Shown here in pieces: positions 33,119 to 44,865 of a stretch of 64,000 nucleotides of DNA (position 1 is its first letter; every line of letters starts with the position of its first letter). The stretch spans positions 1,152,001 through 1,216,000 of the forward strand of contig OY969100.1 of the NCBI GenBank assembly GCA_963697895.1. Direction: 5' to 3'. The stretch is from an uncultured Methanomicrobiales archaeon (lineage in GTDB: Archaea; Halobacteriota; Methanomicrobia; Methanomicrobiales; Methanospirillaceae). Below the pieces are notes generated by a model. The model did not search any database. It was not told where the DNA came from and worked only from the letters and a program-made list of their open reading frames with translations. The translations under genes were made by a program, and so were the position numbers.

Positions 33119-33541
33119 ATGGATTTTTTTAACGCGGCATACAAAGGCTCACCTCCCTGGGACATCGGCCGGCCCCAGAAGGAGTTCGTCGGGCTGGTCC
33201 GGAGCGGAGAGATCACCGGATCGGTACTCGACATCGGATGCGGGACCGGGGAGCATGCCCTCTTCTTTGCGGGTGAAGGGCACGAGGTCTGGGGGATCGA
33301 CTCGGCACCCCGGGCGATAGAGAAGGCAAAGGAGAAGGCTGCCGAAAGAGGACTTCATGTAAATTTTCTCGTCTGGAGTGCCCTGGACCTCTCCTCGCTC
33401 GACCGGACGTTCGATACCGCCACGGATTCCGGGCTCTTCCATACGCTGTCCGATGCAGACCGCCCGGTCTTCGTGGAGAACCTTGCAGCCGTCCTGGCTC
33501 CGGGCGGGAAATACTTCATGCTCTGCTTCTCCGATATCGAA
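33119..33541 (+). pseudogene. class I SAM methyltransferase, N-terminal part (interrupted by an insertion)
   Basis: PPWDIGRPQ, VLDIGCGTGE, DSGLFH; breaks after MLCFSDIE where the sequence turns AT-rich. Confidence 0.85.
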
Positions 33542-33744
33542 ATCACTTTCAATTGATTCAAGTCAAACTGAATTAGTGCACCCTGTGGCAAGCTGTGGTG
33601 TATACGGATAAAATTAAGTGATTCTAAAGGTTTTGAAGAACAATAAGAGACTTTATTCTTTATTAGACAACCCTGGTAGTCACCCCAGGGAACGCGTTTG
33701 GAGGAATTGGGAACTTCACGGTGATTTGTTTATATTTTATCAAT

Positions 33745-34051
33745 TGTGATATCTGGAGAGCCTATACCGGAATTGCCTCTCGCGGATTGTTCATTGTCTG
33801 GTGAATCATGGAGAGAAACCGTATACCGATGGGAAAGGAAATCATATCAATGGCCTCGAAGGATTCTGGGGTTACCTGAAGAGAAAACTTGCCTTAAAAG
33901 GAGGAATCCGACGGGAGATACTACCTCTTTATCTCGGTGAATGTGAATATATGGGCGATACAATCATCGAAAGGGAAAGTGGGATCATGAGGGTGAGACG
34001 AATTCTCAAATTGTTACAACAGGAGGTTGGTGGCTAGATTGCCACTATACC
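33745..34051 (+). mobile_element. IS1595-family transposase remnant (3' part, frameshifted)
   Basis: DIWRAYTGIASRG / VNHG...GNHINGLEGFWGYLKRKL...LYLGE, the ISXO2-like DDE C-terminal motif. Confidence 0.8.
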
Positions 34052-34082
34052 CACAAAATAATGTTTCAAAGAAAATACTGTC

Positions 34083-35228
34083 TCATACCAAATGTGACCC
34101 GCATTGCCCGCAATATTTTGATCCTTGAAGAACTGAAGCCCCGCAGTTACCACATTTGATTGATTGTTCTGATATTTTCACTTCAATCCCACATTCAGGA
34201 CAAAATTTTATATTAGCTGCAATTTTGTTACCACATTTTCTACAAATAGATGATTCTTGAGATTCAAGAGAAGAACTCTCCGATGCAGTTTTCTCTCCAG
34301 CCGAACGTCCGAAGTCTTTATTCTTATCTCCACCTACCATACCTTTCGAGAGCTCTTGAGCCATAGAAAAGCCTGCACCCATTCCAACCCCTAGTCCCGC
34401 AAGATTCGCTGTATCTCCTCCCTTTGAAGCACCGATTCCAATACCCTCAATGGTTTTTCCTGTTTGGTATTGCATATAGTCAACACCGAGAGCTGACATG
34501 GCACCCCTTTTATCAATGGCAGATTGAACCTCATCCGGGAGATTTAGGTTTAGTCCCGCGAATTTTGTAACTTTTAACCCATAATTTTCAGTCTCTGATG
34601 TTAATTTTGCGAGGCACAGTTGTTCAATTGCCTGTAAATACGAAGGCATATCAAGAACACCCATCCCCTTATGCATTTTTAGCTCTCCAAGAGCATTGTT
34701 AAGAACCATTACAATCTGGTCCTTCAGCCAGTTTACAATCTCCTCAGACTTCGTCATTCCCTTAGTTCCAACGAACTGGGTGATTAAAAGCATCGGATCT
34801 GTAACTTTATATGCGAACTGTCCGAACGAACGAATTCTTATAACCCCAAAATCAACATCTCTGAAGGTCAGGGGTTCGGTTGTTCCAAAATATGAACGGA
34901 ATTCCCTTCTCTGAAGCCAATAAAATTCGCCTATCTGCTTAATACCTATGAGTTTACTCGCAATTGCTTGAAGCCCGGGAATATTCTGAGTTGTGAGAGC
35001 ATATCGATTAGCGCTGTCAAAAGTACGCATTACCTTCCCGTCTCGAAGGAAAACCCCATATTCATCTTCTCTAACGACAACATTGTCATTCCACATAATA
35101 TTCTGGGGAAGCCGCCAGATTACATTCTCCCCCTTATGTTCATCCGGCCAATAGAATGTTTTCCGAGATTCTGTTCCCTTGATATCGCTGCCCACTCCCG
35201 TACTTCGCACCCTCTCAAAGTTGCTCAT
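34083..35228 (-). CDS. SPFH (Band 7)-domain protein with C-terminal double zinc ribbon (YdjI-like)
   Basis: VVREDEYGVFLRDGK, LTTQNIP, FGTTEP, RSFGQFAYKVTDP, GLGVGMGAG, then CRKC/CPEC and CGNC/CGQC. Confidence 0.85.
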   Translation of the reverse strand: MSNFERVRSTGVGSDIKGTESRKTFYWPDEHKGENVIWRLPQNIMWNDNVVVREDEYGVFLRDGKVMRTFDSANRYALTTQNIPGLQAIASKLIGIKQIGEFYWLQRREFRSYFGTTEPLTFRDVDFGVIRIRSFGQFAYKVTDPMLLITQFVGTKGMTKSEEIVNWLKDQIVMVLNNALGELKMHKGMGVLDMPSYLQAIEQLCLAKLTSETENYGLKVTKFAGLNLNLPDEVQSAIDKRGAMSALGVDYMQYQTGKTIEGIGIGASKGGDTANLAGLGVGMGAGFSMAQELSKGMVGGDKNKDFGRSAGEKTASESSSLESQESSICRKCGNKIAANIKFCPECGIEVKISEQSIKCGNCGASVLQGSKYCGQCGSHLV

Positions 35229-35764
35229 CAGATTACCCCTATATCTGCCATTTTTTCATGCCTTTCCTCAAGAAGTTCAATAACAGCTTCGAACCTTTGT
35301 CTTAGTTCGGAACATATTTGTTGTGCTTGACTTGTTTCATCCTTGTTAATTTCTTGATTAAGTTTAATGCTAAGATCTTCTAATTCCTTGATTTTCTGAA
35401 TCATACCCCAGTCATAATAATAGAGTGCATATAGTTGTTCTTCGTCAATCTGGTAACTGGGAGAAATGCCAGAGTACCCTTGTTCAGCATGCCCAATGCG
35501 CCCTTCAATCGTTTTTTCCATTTGGATAAGGGTTCCTACTTCACTTAAAAGAGGTAGGTTAAGCCGAGAAGCAATAATCTTTCGGGATTCTTCCAAATTA
35601 TCTCCAATATCCTCACGAAGTTTTTTTGCAAGCTCGAGTCGCAAAAGACTATCAGATGCTCTGATATCCTCTCGCTTCCGATATCCACGAAAACCGGGAA
35701 TTGCAAGTTCAATGTTTTTTATGAGTCCACGGTCTTTTTCAACTCGTTCAATCAGATCAGTCAT
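35228..35764 (-). CDS. alpha-helical hypothetical protein (IPGFRGY motif), coupled to the SPFH gene
   Basis: IPGFRGYRKREDIRASDSLLR and AEQGYSG motifs; TGATG overlap with the SPFH gene. Confidence 0.75.
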   Translation of the reverse strand: MTDLIERVEKDRGLIKNIELAIPGFRGYRKREDIRASDSLLRLELAKKLREDIGDNLEESRKIIASRLNLPLLSEVGTLIQMEKTIEGRIGHAEQGYSGISPSYQIDEEQLYALYYYDWGMIQKIKELEDLSIKLNQEINKDETSQAQQICSELRQRFEAVIELLEERHEKMADIGVI

Positions 35765-35785
35765 ATCACAACTTAGTTCTCTTCT

Positions 35786-36136
35786 TTATTCATAACAAGA
35801 TAAAAGAATAACCCCCAAAGCACAAATGATTAGAATCCCACCAATTAAGAGACCCAAATTTAATGCAGGTCCCTGGGGTCTTGTGAAAAGACTCACAATT
35901 CCAATGAATGCGAGAACCCCCGCAAATCCAAAGAGGTAATTATTTTTTTCTCCGACTTTTATTGCTAGGACTCCTAAAATAATTGAAAGACCAAGGAAAA
36001 AAATCCCTCCAGCGAGATGAATATCCCCGCCACTAATATAATTAAGAATTATTCCTATACCTAGCATCAATGCCAGGGATGCATATCCCAGCTTAAATCT
36101 TTTATCACTGGATCCTTTTCTTTTCTTACTATCCAT
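35786..36136 (-). CDS. 4-TM small membrane protein
   Basis: Basic N-terminus then four Gly-rich hydrophobic segments; first gene of the SPFH operon. Confidence 0.75.
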   Translation of the reverse strand: MDSKKRKGSSDKRFKLGYASLALMLGIGIILNYISGGDIHLAGGIFFLGLSIILGVLAIKVGEKNNYLFGFAGVLAFIGIVSLFTRPQGPALNLGLLIGGILIICALGVILLSCYE

Positions 36137-36266
36137 AATAAATAAAAAATATAATTTTTGGCTTTTAAAAGTGTCGGAATATTTACCAAAATTGATCCAA
36201 CTATATCGATCAATTAAATTACATCCTGTGAGTAAAGTCTAAATAGAGAATCAATAAAGAATTTTT

Positions 36267-37076
36267 ATGCCATTTCATGTAGCCAAATGCCCAACGTGTG
36301 GTGCTAGCCTAGAATTAGAAAAACCAAGCGACGTTATGATATGCAAATTTTGTGGCAATAAAATCTTTTTCAAAGAATCAATAGAAGGAGATATCAATAA
36401 AATCACTAACTTTCTTCAGTTGGCCAACAATGAAATGGAATCTGGCAATTTTCAGAAAGCTATTGAATATTTCAATAAAGTCTTAGAGAATGACCCTAAG
36501 AATTCTGCTGCATATCTTGGAAAAGGGTTGTCCTATGGCAGACTGTGTACTGTTGAAGATTTTAAATTTAATGAGTTGCTAGCTGGGTATTCGAATGCGC
36601 AAAAATATGTACCAAATAATGGTAAAAAAGAATTCATCTCTTCTTCAACTGATTTATTATATAATCATGGCATGAATTGCGAAAAAGAATTACATGAAAA
36701 ATTTATTTATGGTGTGACTGATAAGGAATTGAATTATTATATTGAAAGATCTTTCCAAATAATCAGCTTTTATCAAGCAATATACCAGATTAACGAATGT
36801 GATCTGAGATCTCCCAAAAGAATAGTGGAGATAACAAAAACATTGAGTCTCGGTGTAAAAGGGAAGGGTAATCGCTATGATACAAATTGTAATTTGATAC
36901 AAGATTGGAGATATGAGCTAAAACCCGAGATAATTGAAAGGATAAAAACAATACAAAATGATTATATTGAAATTATTCAAAAAACTGAGCCCGAATTTAT
37001 CTTGGTTACGGAAGAAAGAGATATTATCAAGCCTGAATCTAAAAAGAAGGGATTCTTTGAGAGATTTAGAATATAA
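36267..37076 (+). CDS. zinc-ribbon plus TPR protein with amphipathic C-terminal tail
   Basis: CPTC...CKFC, TPR-like GNFQKAIEYFNKVLENDPKNSAAYLGKG, ends KKKGFFERFRI. Confidence 0.8.
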   Translation: MPFHVAKCPTCGASLELEKPSDVMICKFCGNKIFFKESIEGDINKITNFLQLANNEMESGNFQKAIEYFNKVLENDPKNSAAYLGKGLSYGRLCTVEDFKFNELLAGYSNAQKYVPNNGKKEFISSSTDLLYNHGMNCEKELHEKFIYGVTDKELNYYIERSFQIISFYQAIYQINECDLRSPKRIVEITKTLSLGVKGKGNRYDTNCNLIQDWRYELKPEIIERIKTIQNDYIEIIQKTEPEFILVTEERDIIKPESKKKGFFERFRI

Positions 37077-37113
37077 CCTTTTAATGGTTTTTATCCCTCC
37101 CAAAACAAGCTAA

Positions 37114-37341
37114 TTAAGGATAATCAATATAATCTCTATCGGAATAAGGATTGCAATCTCTCAGTCGATAAATTATCTTTTTGCTGGCATTTCTGAATGG
37201 GTATTTTTCCAAAGCAAAAATTGCATAGTTCGAGCAAGTCGGGTAATGTAAACATTTATGATTCTTATTTCTTGTGGAATATTGATAAACCTTAATCAAT
37301 GCGATAGCCTGGCAATTTAACCAGGGAATTTTCTTCTCCAT
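37114..37341 (-). CDS. YidD/haemolytic-domain-like protein
   Basis: IKVYQ...CLHYPTCSNYAIFALEKY...RLRDCNPY...IDYP matches the three-Cys YidD pattern. Confidence 0.8.
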   Translation of the reverse strand: MEKKIPWLNCQAIALIKVYQYSTRNKNHKCLHYPTCSNYAIFALEKYPFRNASKKIIYRLRDCNPYSDRDYIDYP

Positions 37342-37368
37342 AAAAAAGGATATATTTTAATGAAATTT

Positions 37369-37762
37369 TTATCCTCCAGTTAATTCGTGGTGTATGGCGC
37401 GAATCTCAAGTCCCTTTTGCCTATTCGGGAAGGGGACCCCAAACACTGCTCCTTGAGCATTCACTCTTAGTTCCCAATATTTTTTAGCCAGACATCCTTT
37501 AGGTTGTACTTCAACAATTTCCATACTTGAAATGTTTTTTAGTCTGTAACGTGCCTTCTCTTTCCACATATGCCTCTCCTTCTTTAACCTTTGCATGGTA
37601 TAAAAACCTCTTATCGGTTAATGCTGCCCAAAAATTCCCTTTGCTCAAGAAACTTAGACACCCACTCATCTCAACTGGAGAGAAAAAATAAATTTTTTCA
37701 TCGGGTGTAAGCTGCTTTACTAAATCGTCTGGTAGACCTTCTCTCTTTAATTCTACTGGCAT
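37369..37762 (-). CDS. putative PH-like domain protein (+1 frameshift near 37545)
   Basis: LTPDEKI...AALTDKRFLY...LKNISSMEI...LRVNAQG spacing typical of bacterial PH domains; made of two overlapping ORFs. Confidence 0.6.
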
Positions 37763-37920
37763 ATAGCATTTCTTAATTATCCTTCATTATATAAAATTAA
37801 CGAAATAAGTTTCAATAAATTTAGATAAAAATTTAATGATTTGAAGCTCACTCCTCAAACGGTGCCAGGATCCTGGCGATTTCAGGATTACCGACGCATC
37901 TTTCAGCAATTGAAGTATCT

Positions 37921-38076
37921 CCTCCCGGGTACGGCCCGCGGAGGATAACGCAAAAAGAGATCCGGGACAGTTTCCGCGACGGGTGGACGATCAATTACAT
38001 CCGGGCAGCGGCCTTCGAGAGCCGCACCCGGCCCGGAGGACCCCGTGCCTGGCTCTCCTCGATATCTAAAGAATGA
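37921..38076 (+). pseudogene. class I SAM methyltransferase, C-terminal part
   Basis: PPGYGPRRITQKEIRDSFRDGWTINYIRAAAFESRTRPGGPRAWLSSISKE*, no start codon; completes 33119..33541 to 192 aa. Confidence 0.8.
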
Positions 38077-38168
38077 CGCTCGTTGACGGGAAACGCCCGC
38101 TCCTGAATGACCGGATCCAAACGTAGTGGTACATCAAAAGTCCGGGGTAAAAAGGAAGGAGATTTACC

Positions 38169-38768
38169 TTAAAATACGATCTCTTCCTTTGCAAACCGCA
38201 CCTTGGGCATCGGCTTGTCCGCCGCGTACCCGAGCGGGCAGAGCATCGTGGGGACGAGCGGCGACGGGATCTTCAGGATCCGCGTGTACTCCCCGGGGTC
38301 GAACCCTCCCATCGGGCAGGAATCGAAGCCGAGCGACTTTGCGCCGTTCACGGCATTCCCGAGCGCAAGGAAGACCTGGGACTGCGCCCAGCAGAGTTTC
38401 TGCTCCGGGCTCATCTTCCCGGTCATATCGGTTGCGATCCCGATCACCATGTTCCGCATCTCATCGGGTGCGCCGGACGTCTTCAACAACGTATCGACTT
38501 TCTGAATCAGGCTTCCAAAGTCCGGGTTCGCGCAGAAGACCAGCAGGTGCGAACAGGTAGTGACCTGCTCCTGGTCATTGGTCGCCGGCTTCAGCTGCTC
38601 CTTTACCTTCTGGTCGGTGACCACCGTGATCTTCCACGGCTGGAGGTTGAGGGCCGAAGGAGCGAACCGGACGATCTCCAGGAGCTGGTTGACCTTCTCT
38701 TCGGGAAGCTTCCGGCCGTCGAATTTCTTGGTCGCATACCGCGACATGACAATTTCCGCAAAATCCAT
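38169..38768 (-). CDS. nitroreductase family (NAD(P)H-flavin oxidoreductase)
   Basis: RYATKKFD, APSALNLQPW, DSCPMGGFD. Confidence 0.92.
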   Translation of the reverse strand: MDFAEIVMSRYATKKFDGRKLPEEKVNQLLEIVRFAPSALNLQPWKITVVTDQKVKEQLKPATNDQEQVTTCSHLLVFCANPDFGSLIQKVDTLLKTSGAPDEMRNMVIGIATDMTGKMSPEQKLCWAQSQVFLALGNAVNGAKSLGFDSCPMGGFDPGEYTRILKIPSPLVPTMLCPLGYAADKPMPKVRFAKEEIVF

Positions 38769-38904
38769 TTCATCACTCCGTTCCAGGATACGCTTCTCTT
38801 ACCCGGGGCTGCTATTTATACCATTCCCATCCGGCCCGATGACCCCGGTCTCACCGCCATCTTTATGGTGAGACAGGCATATCAGCAGGACAGGAGTGAG
38901 GGAG

Positions 38905-39552
38905 ATGGAACAGGAGACCGTAGGGGAGAGGGAATACCTGGTATTCCCGGGGAGATATCCGGTAGGTATCGTCCTCGTGCATGAGATCCGGGGCGTCGAC
39001 GAGTACGCACGGTCGGTCGCCGGTAAGCTTGCCGCGGCCGGGTACCCCGTGGTCGCCGTGGACCTCTTCCGGGGCCGTCATGCGACGACGCTTCAGGAAG
39101 GGTACGATATCGTCGCGAAGCTGAACAAGGAGGAGGTCCTCGGGACGCTCTCCGTCGGGATCCGCCTCCTGAAGGAGCGGTCTGGCGAGGATGCCGTCAT
39201 CGGCTCGATGGGGTTCTGCATGGGCGGCGGGTATGCCCTGCAGGGGGCATGCGACCTGGACTTCGGGTTCTGCATCGATTACTACGGCATGGTCCCGGAG
39301 GCCGGCGATCTCCGCGGCCTGAAAGGACCGGTCATCCTCTTCCTCGGGACCGAGGACCCCCGCGTCACCCCGTGGGCGTACACGGGTTTCCTCCCGGCGG
39401 CGAACCAGTACAAAAAACGGGTCGATCTCCACCTGTACCCCGGGGCAGGCCACGCGTTTCACCGGCCCGGATGGGAAGGCCACAACCCGGAGGCGGCGAA
39501 GGATGCCTGGACAAAGACGATGGCATTCCTCAGCGCATGCCGGACGGATTGA
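38905..39552 (+). CDS. dienelactone hydrolase family protein
   Basis: VHEIRGV, GFCMGG nucleophile, GTED, AGHAF. Confidence 0.92.
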   Translation: MEQETVGEREYLVFPGRYPVGIVLVHEIRGVDEYARSVAGKLAAAGYPVVAVDLFRGRHATTLQEGYDIVAKLNKEEVLGTLSVGIRLLKERSGEDAVIGSMGFCMGGGYALQGACDLDFGFCIDYYGMVPEAGDLRGLKGPVILFLGTEDPRVTPWAYTGFLPAANQYKKRVDLHLYPGAGHAFHRPGWEGHNPEAAKDAWTKTMAFLSACRTD

Positions 39553-39654
39553 AACGGACAGGAATGGATATCGAACGGATCAGGCTCCGGCCGGTCGGAT
39601 ACCCGCCGAAGAACTTTTACAGAACACCCCCATAACGGAATAGAGCAGGATCCC

Positions 39655-40014
39655 ATGACAGACATAGTCCCCGAACCCGACCGGCTGGTCATCCTCTGGA
39701 CCAGCGGCGACCGGGAGGTCGCGTTGAAGATGGTCTTCATGTACGTGCATAATGCAGCCCGGAAGAAATGGTGGAAGGAACTCACGTTCGTCGTCTGGGG
39801 ACCCTCGACCCGGCTGCTCTCGCAGGACCCCGAACTGCAGTCCCATATCCGGGAGATGAAAGGAGAGGGAGTGATCCTCCAGGCCTGCCGGACATGTGCG
39901 GATTCGTACGGGGTCGCCCCGGTCCTCTCCGAACTCGGTATCGACGTGAAACTGATGGGTGAACCGCTGACCCGGTTCCTCAGGGATCCCCGGTGCCGGT
40001 TGATGACCTTCTGA
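39655..40014 (+). CDS. DsrE family protein
   Basis: LVILWTSGDREVA, VWGPS, ACRTCADSYGV. Confidence 0.85.
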   Translation: MTDIVPEPDRLVILWTSGDREVALKMVFMYVHNAARKKWWKELTFVVWGPSTRLLSQDPELQSHIREMKGEGVILQACRTCADSYGVAPVLSELGIDVKLMGEPLTRFLRDPRCRLMTF

Positions 40015-40509
40015 CCGGAACCGTACCGCCGATCGCCAATTGACGAAATCCTTCCCGATATGGAACCGGGCTTTTATACGAAAGAGACTGATATACCGAA
40101 TCCGCATCGAAGTTTATAGGTCTTTATTCATGGATCACAAAACAGGACCGGGGACCCTTTACACCGGATTTCCTCTTTCGGGAACATAACTGTTCTTTGC
40201 ACCTGCCGGGAAATGATTTCCCGTCGCGACAATTTCGTTTTTTCCCCGTCCCCTGACGTGTGTATCGGAATCGATCAGGATTTGCCACGAAGGTTAGAGG
40301 TTTAAGCGGTCACGCTCTTATAGTGCCTATAACTGATCGGTTGAAAAAATTTAAGGTACATGGCGAATATTTTAAAAAACAAAAGGGAAAGGAGTTTTAA
40401 ACAAAATGACTGACAACCTGACAATACCCGTCGACGACGGCCCAATGGGGATCGTCAACCACGATTCGTGCACTTTCCAGACAGGACCGCCGACAGGCGG
40501 GGTGAACCT

Positions 40510-41400
40510 ATGAAACGGACAAGCCTCACTGCGGTCCTCCTCCTCATCGCCATCGCGATGCTGCCTGCCATCGCGGCAGGAGCGAGCTCGTACTGGTCGA
40601 ACCAGATCATCGGGCCGGATTATACCGTACCTGCGAACGCGTTCAACCCGCCCGATGCAACTGAATGGAACAAATTTTATGGAGGCTATGCATCGCAGAT
40701 AGCATCCCCGTACGAAACACCGGGCGGACTCCTGCCGTATGACTTCACGGATACCGCCCCCATCAACGCGACACCGGCAACACCGGGCTCCCTGTACCCG
40801 CGGGCAGTCACCGTGCTTCCGATAATCCCGGGTACGGGTCCCGGCGTGTTCCCGGTATATTCGGATACCGTTCCCTCGCCGGTTGTCCCGGGGAATTTCG
40901 CAGTCGTTTCTCCATCCATATTGTTCCCCTCCGGGAACGGCAGCCCGGTTCCGGTATCGTTCCCGAACCCTGCCATCATTCCCTTCGTATATCCGGTCCC
41001 CGTGCTCCCGGATACCCCGGATTCCGGCGGAGCTTCGGTGACGCCGACACCCACACCGGCACCTGAAGAGGCTGTCTTCATCAGCGACCTGAATCTCCAG
41101 GAGGATTATGTGAAGATTACGAACAGCGGGCTTACGCAGGTGGATCTGACCGGGTGGAAGATTGTCGAGGGAAATACCCGGCAGACGATCACGTTCATCG
41201 CCTTCCCGCAGGGGAACGGCCAGACATTCACCTTCACCCTGTACCCGCTGACCACCCTGACCGTCTATTACGGGAAAACCGGGCCGGTCACGGCGACCGA
41301 GGCATACTGGCCGTCCGCGAAGAACGTCTGGAACGACCAGGGTGATACCGCATACCTCTATAACCCCCAGGGACATCTGGTGAGTTCGCTCACCCGGTAG
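40510..41400 (+). CDS. secreted Pro/Thr-rich protein with C-terminal lamin-tail domain
   Basis: Signal peptide; EDYVKITNSG...VDLTGWKI...VWNDQGDTAYLYNPQG LTD motif. Confidence 0.85.
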   Translation: MKRTSLTAVLLLIAIAMLPAIAAGASSYWSNQIIGPDYTVPANAFNPPDATEWNKFYGGYASQIASPYETPGGLLPYDFTDTAPINATPATPGSLYPRAVTVLPIIPGTGPGVFPVYSDTVPSPVVPGNFAVVSPSILFPSGNGSPVPVSFPNPAIIPFVYPVPVLPDTPDSGGASVTPTPTPAPEEAVFISDLNLQEDYVKITNSGLTQVDLTGWKIVEGNTRQTITFIAFPQGNGQTFTFTLYPLTTLTVYYGKTGPVTATEAYWPSAKNVWNDQGDTAYLYNPQGHLVSSLTR

Positions 41401-41799
41401 AATTTTCTCTTTTTTCTCGTCCGTTTTAGAACAAACCAACCCGTTTTACGCGGATCCTATGCCCCGTGGCCGGGTACCGATCACCGGTTGAAGGATCATA
41501 AGATCGGTTCTGAAATACCCGGCCGGAGCGCGATAGCAAACGGTTATCCTTCGTTATTTTGCCTGAAATAACGAATTATAGGAGAGATCGGGGATTTTCT
41601 CCGATCGGAGACCTATACGGGCAGCATTCAGATAAAACGGAGCCCCCGGAAGCCCCGGATGGGATGACCTCTCCCGCTATTCGAAGAGAATTCAGTCATT
41701 AAAGCAGGAATCCGGTCATTTTTCAGCAAAATTTCAGATCAGTTGTTCCCTCATAGGCATCGGCAAGATCCACGGTAAATGATAGCATCCTCACCCTTA

Positions 41800-41824
41800 T
41801 CATTAGGTAAACCCTAACTAATGA
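41800..41824. promoter_or_regulatory. palindromic operator candidate upstream of marR-lon
   Basis: TTAGG-N5-CCTAA (41803-41817) overlapping TCATTAG...CTAATGA (41800-41824). Confidence 0.45.
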
Positions 41825-41835
41825 GAGATCGAAAC

Positions 41836-42257
41836 ATGAGAGAACGCGGAGGAGCACCTGTTCGAAGCGCTGGAGAACCTTCTCCGCGAAAAGAACGAAT
41901 GTTCCTCCCGGATCCTCTCCGAATGCGGATTATCGGACATGACGGTCAGGCAGATCGCCTACCTAAAAACCATCGACGAGGACAGGGGAAGTCACCTTCA
42001 CCCGGCTCGCGGAGATCACCCGGAACTCGAAACCGACGATCACCGAGATGGTCAACAAGTTCGTCCGGAGGGAGTGCGTCTACCGCGAACCCTGCAGGGA
42101 AGACGGGAGGGTCCTCTACATCCGCCTGACCGAGAAGGGGCAGCGGATCGCACAGGCCGAAGACGACGCCCTGCGCCAGGTGATCGAACGGATGATGGAG
42201 ACCCTCGACGAACGCGAGCAGGAACTCCTCATCCGGCTGCTGGAAAAGGTCAGGTAA
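41836..42257 (+). CDS. MarR family transcriptional regulator (+1 frameshifts near 41849 and 41984)
   Basis: MTVRQIAYL...VTFTRLAEITRNSKPTITEMVNKF...EDGRVLYIRLTEKG winged-helix motif across frames. Confidence 0.82.
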
Positions 42258-42313
42258 TTCTCTTGCCGCACACATTCGCATCAAAGATCAAAGCTTTATT
42301 ATCGAGGCAACCC

Positions 42314-44701
<2,388 letters not shown>

Positions 44702-44865
44702 AAAGGTAAGAAGGGGTTCGGGCGGTATTTAGGAATGACAAAGTCCGGCCCCTCCAAACCCTTCATTCTGTGTACGGAGAAACCCGGGGCGTTCTCTGGA
44801 CCAATTCCGGTGACCATACTCTTATTGTAGAGGAATCGCCAAACACCATACAAGGATGTGAACGG

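Larger units (their letters stand above)
33542..37920. mobile_element. 4.4-kb AT-rich insertion splitting the methyltransferase gene
   Basis: Removing it joins ...CFSDIE to PPGYGPRR... in frame; abrupt GC drop inside; contains an IS remnant and six cargo ORFs. Confidence 0.8.

Noticed and set aside
37847-37920. Minus-strand fragment ILQLLKDA/GNPEIARILAPFEE* as a possible integrase C-terminal tail
   Set aside because: Too short and frameshifted, with no catalytic residues; cannot support an integrase call.
41939-42313. N-terminal extension making Lon 920 aa
   Set aside because: It is out-of-frame read-through of the frameshifted marR gene; Lon homology begins at the ATG at 42314.
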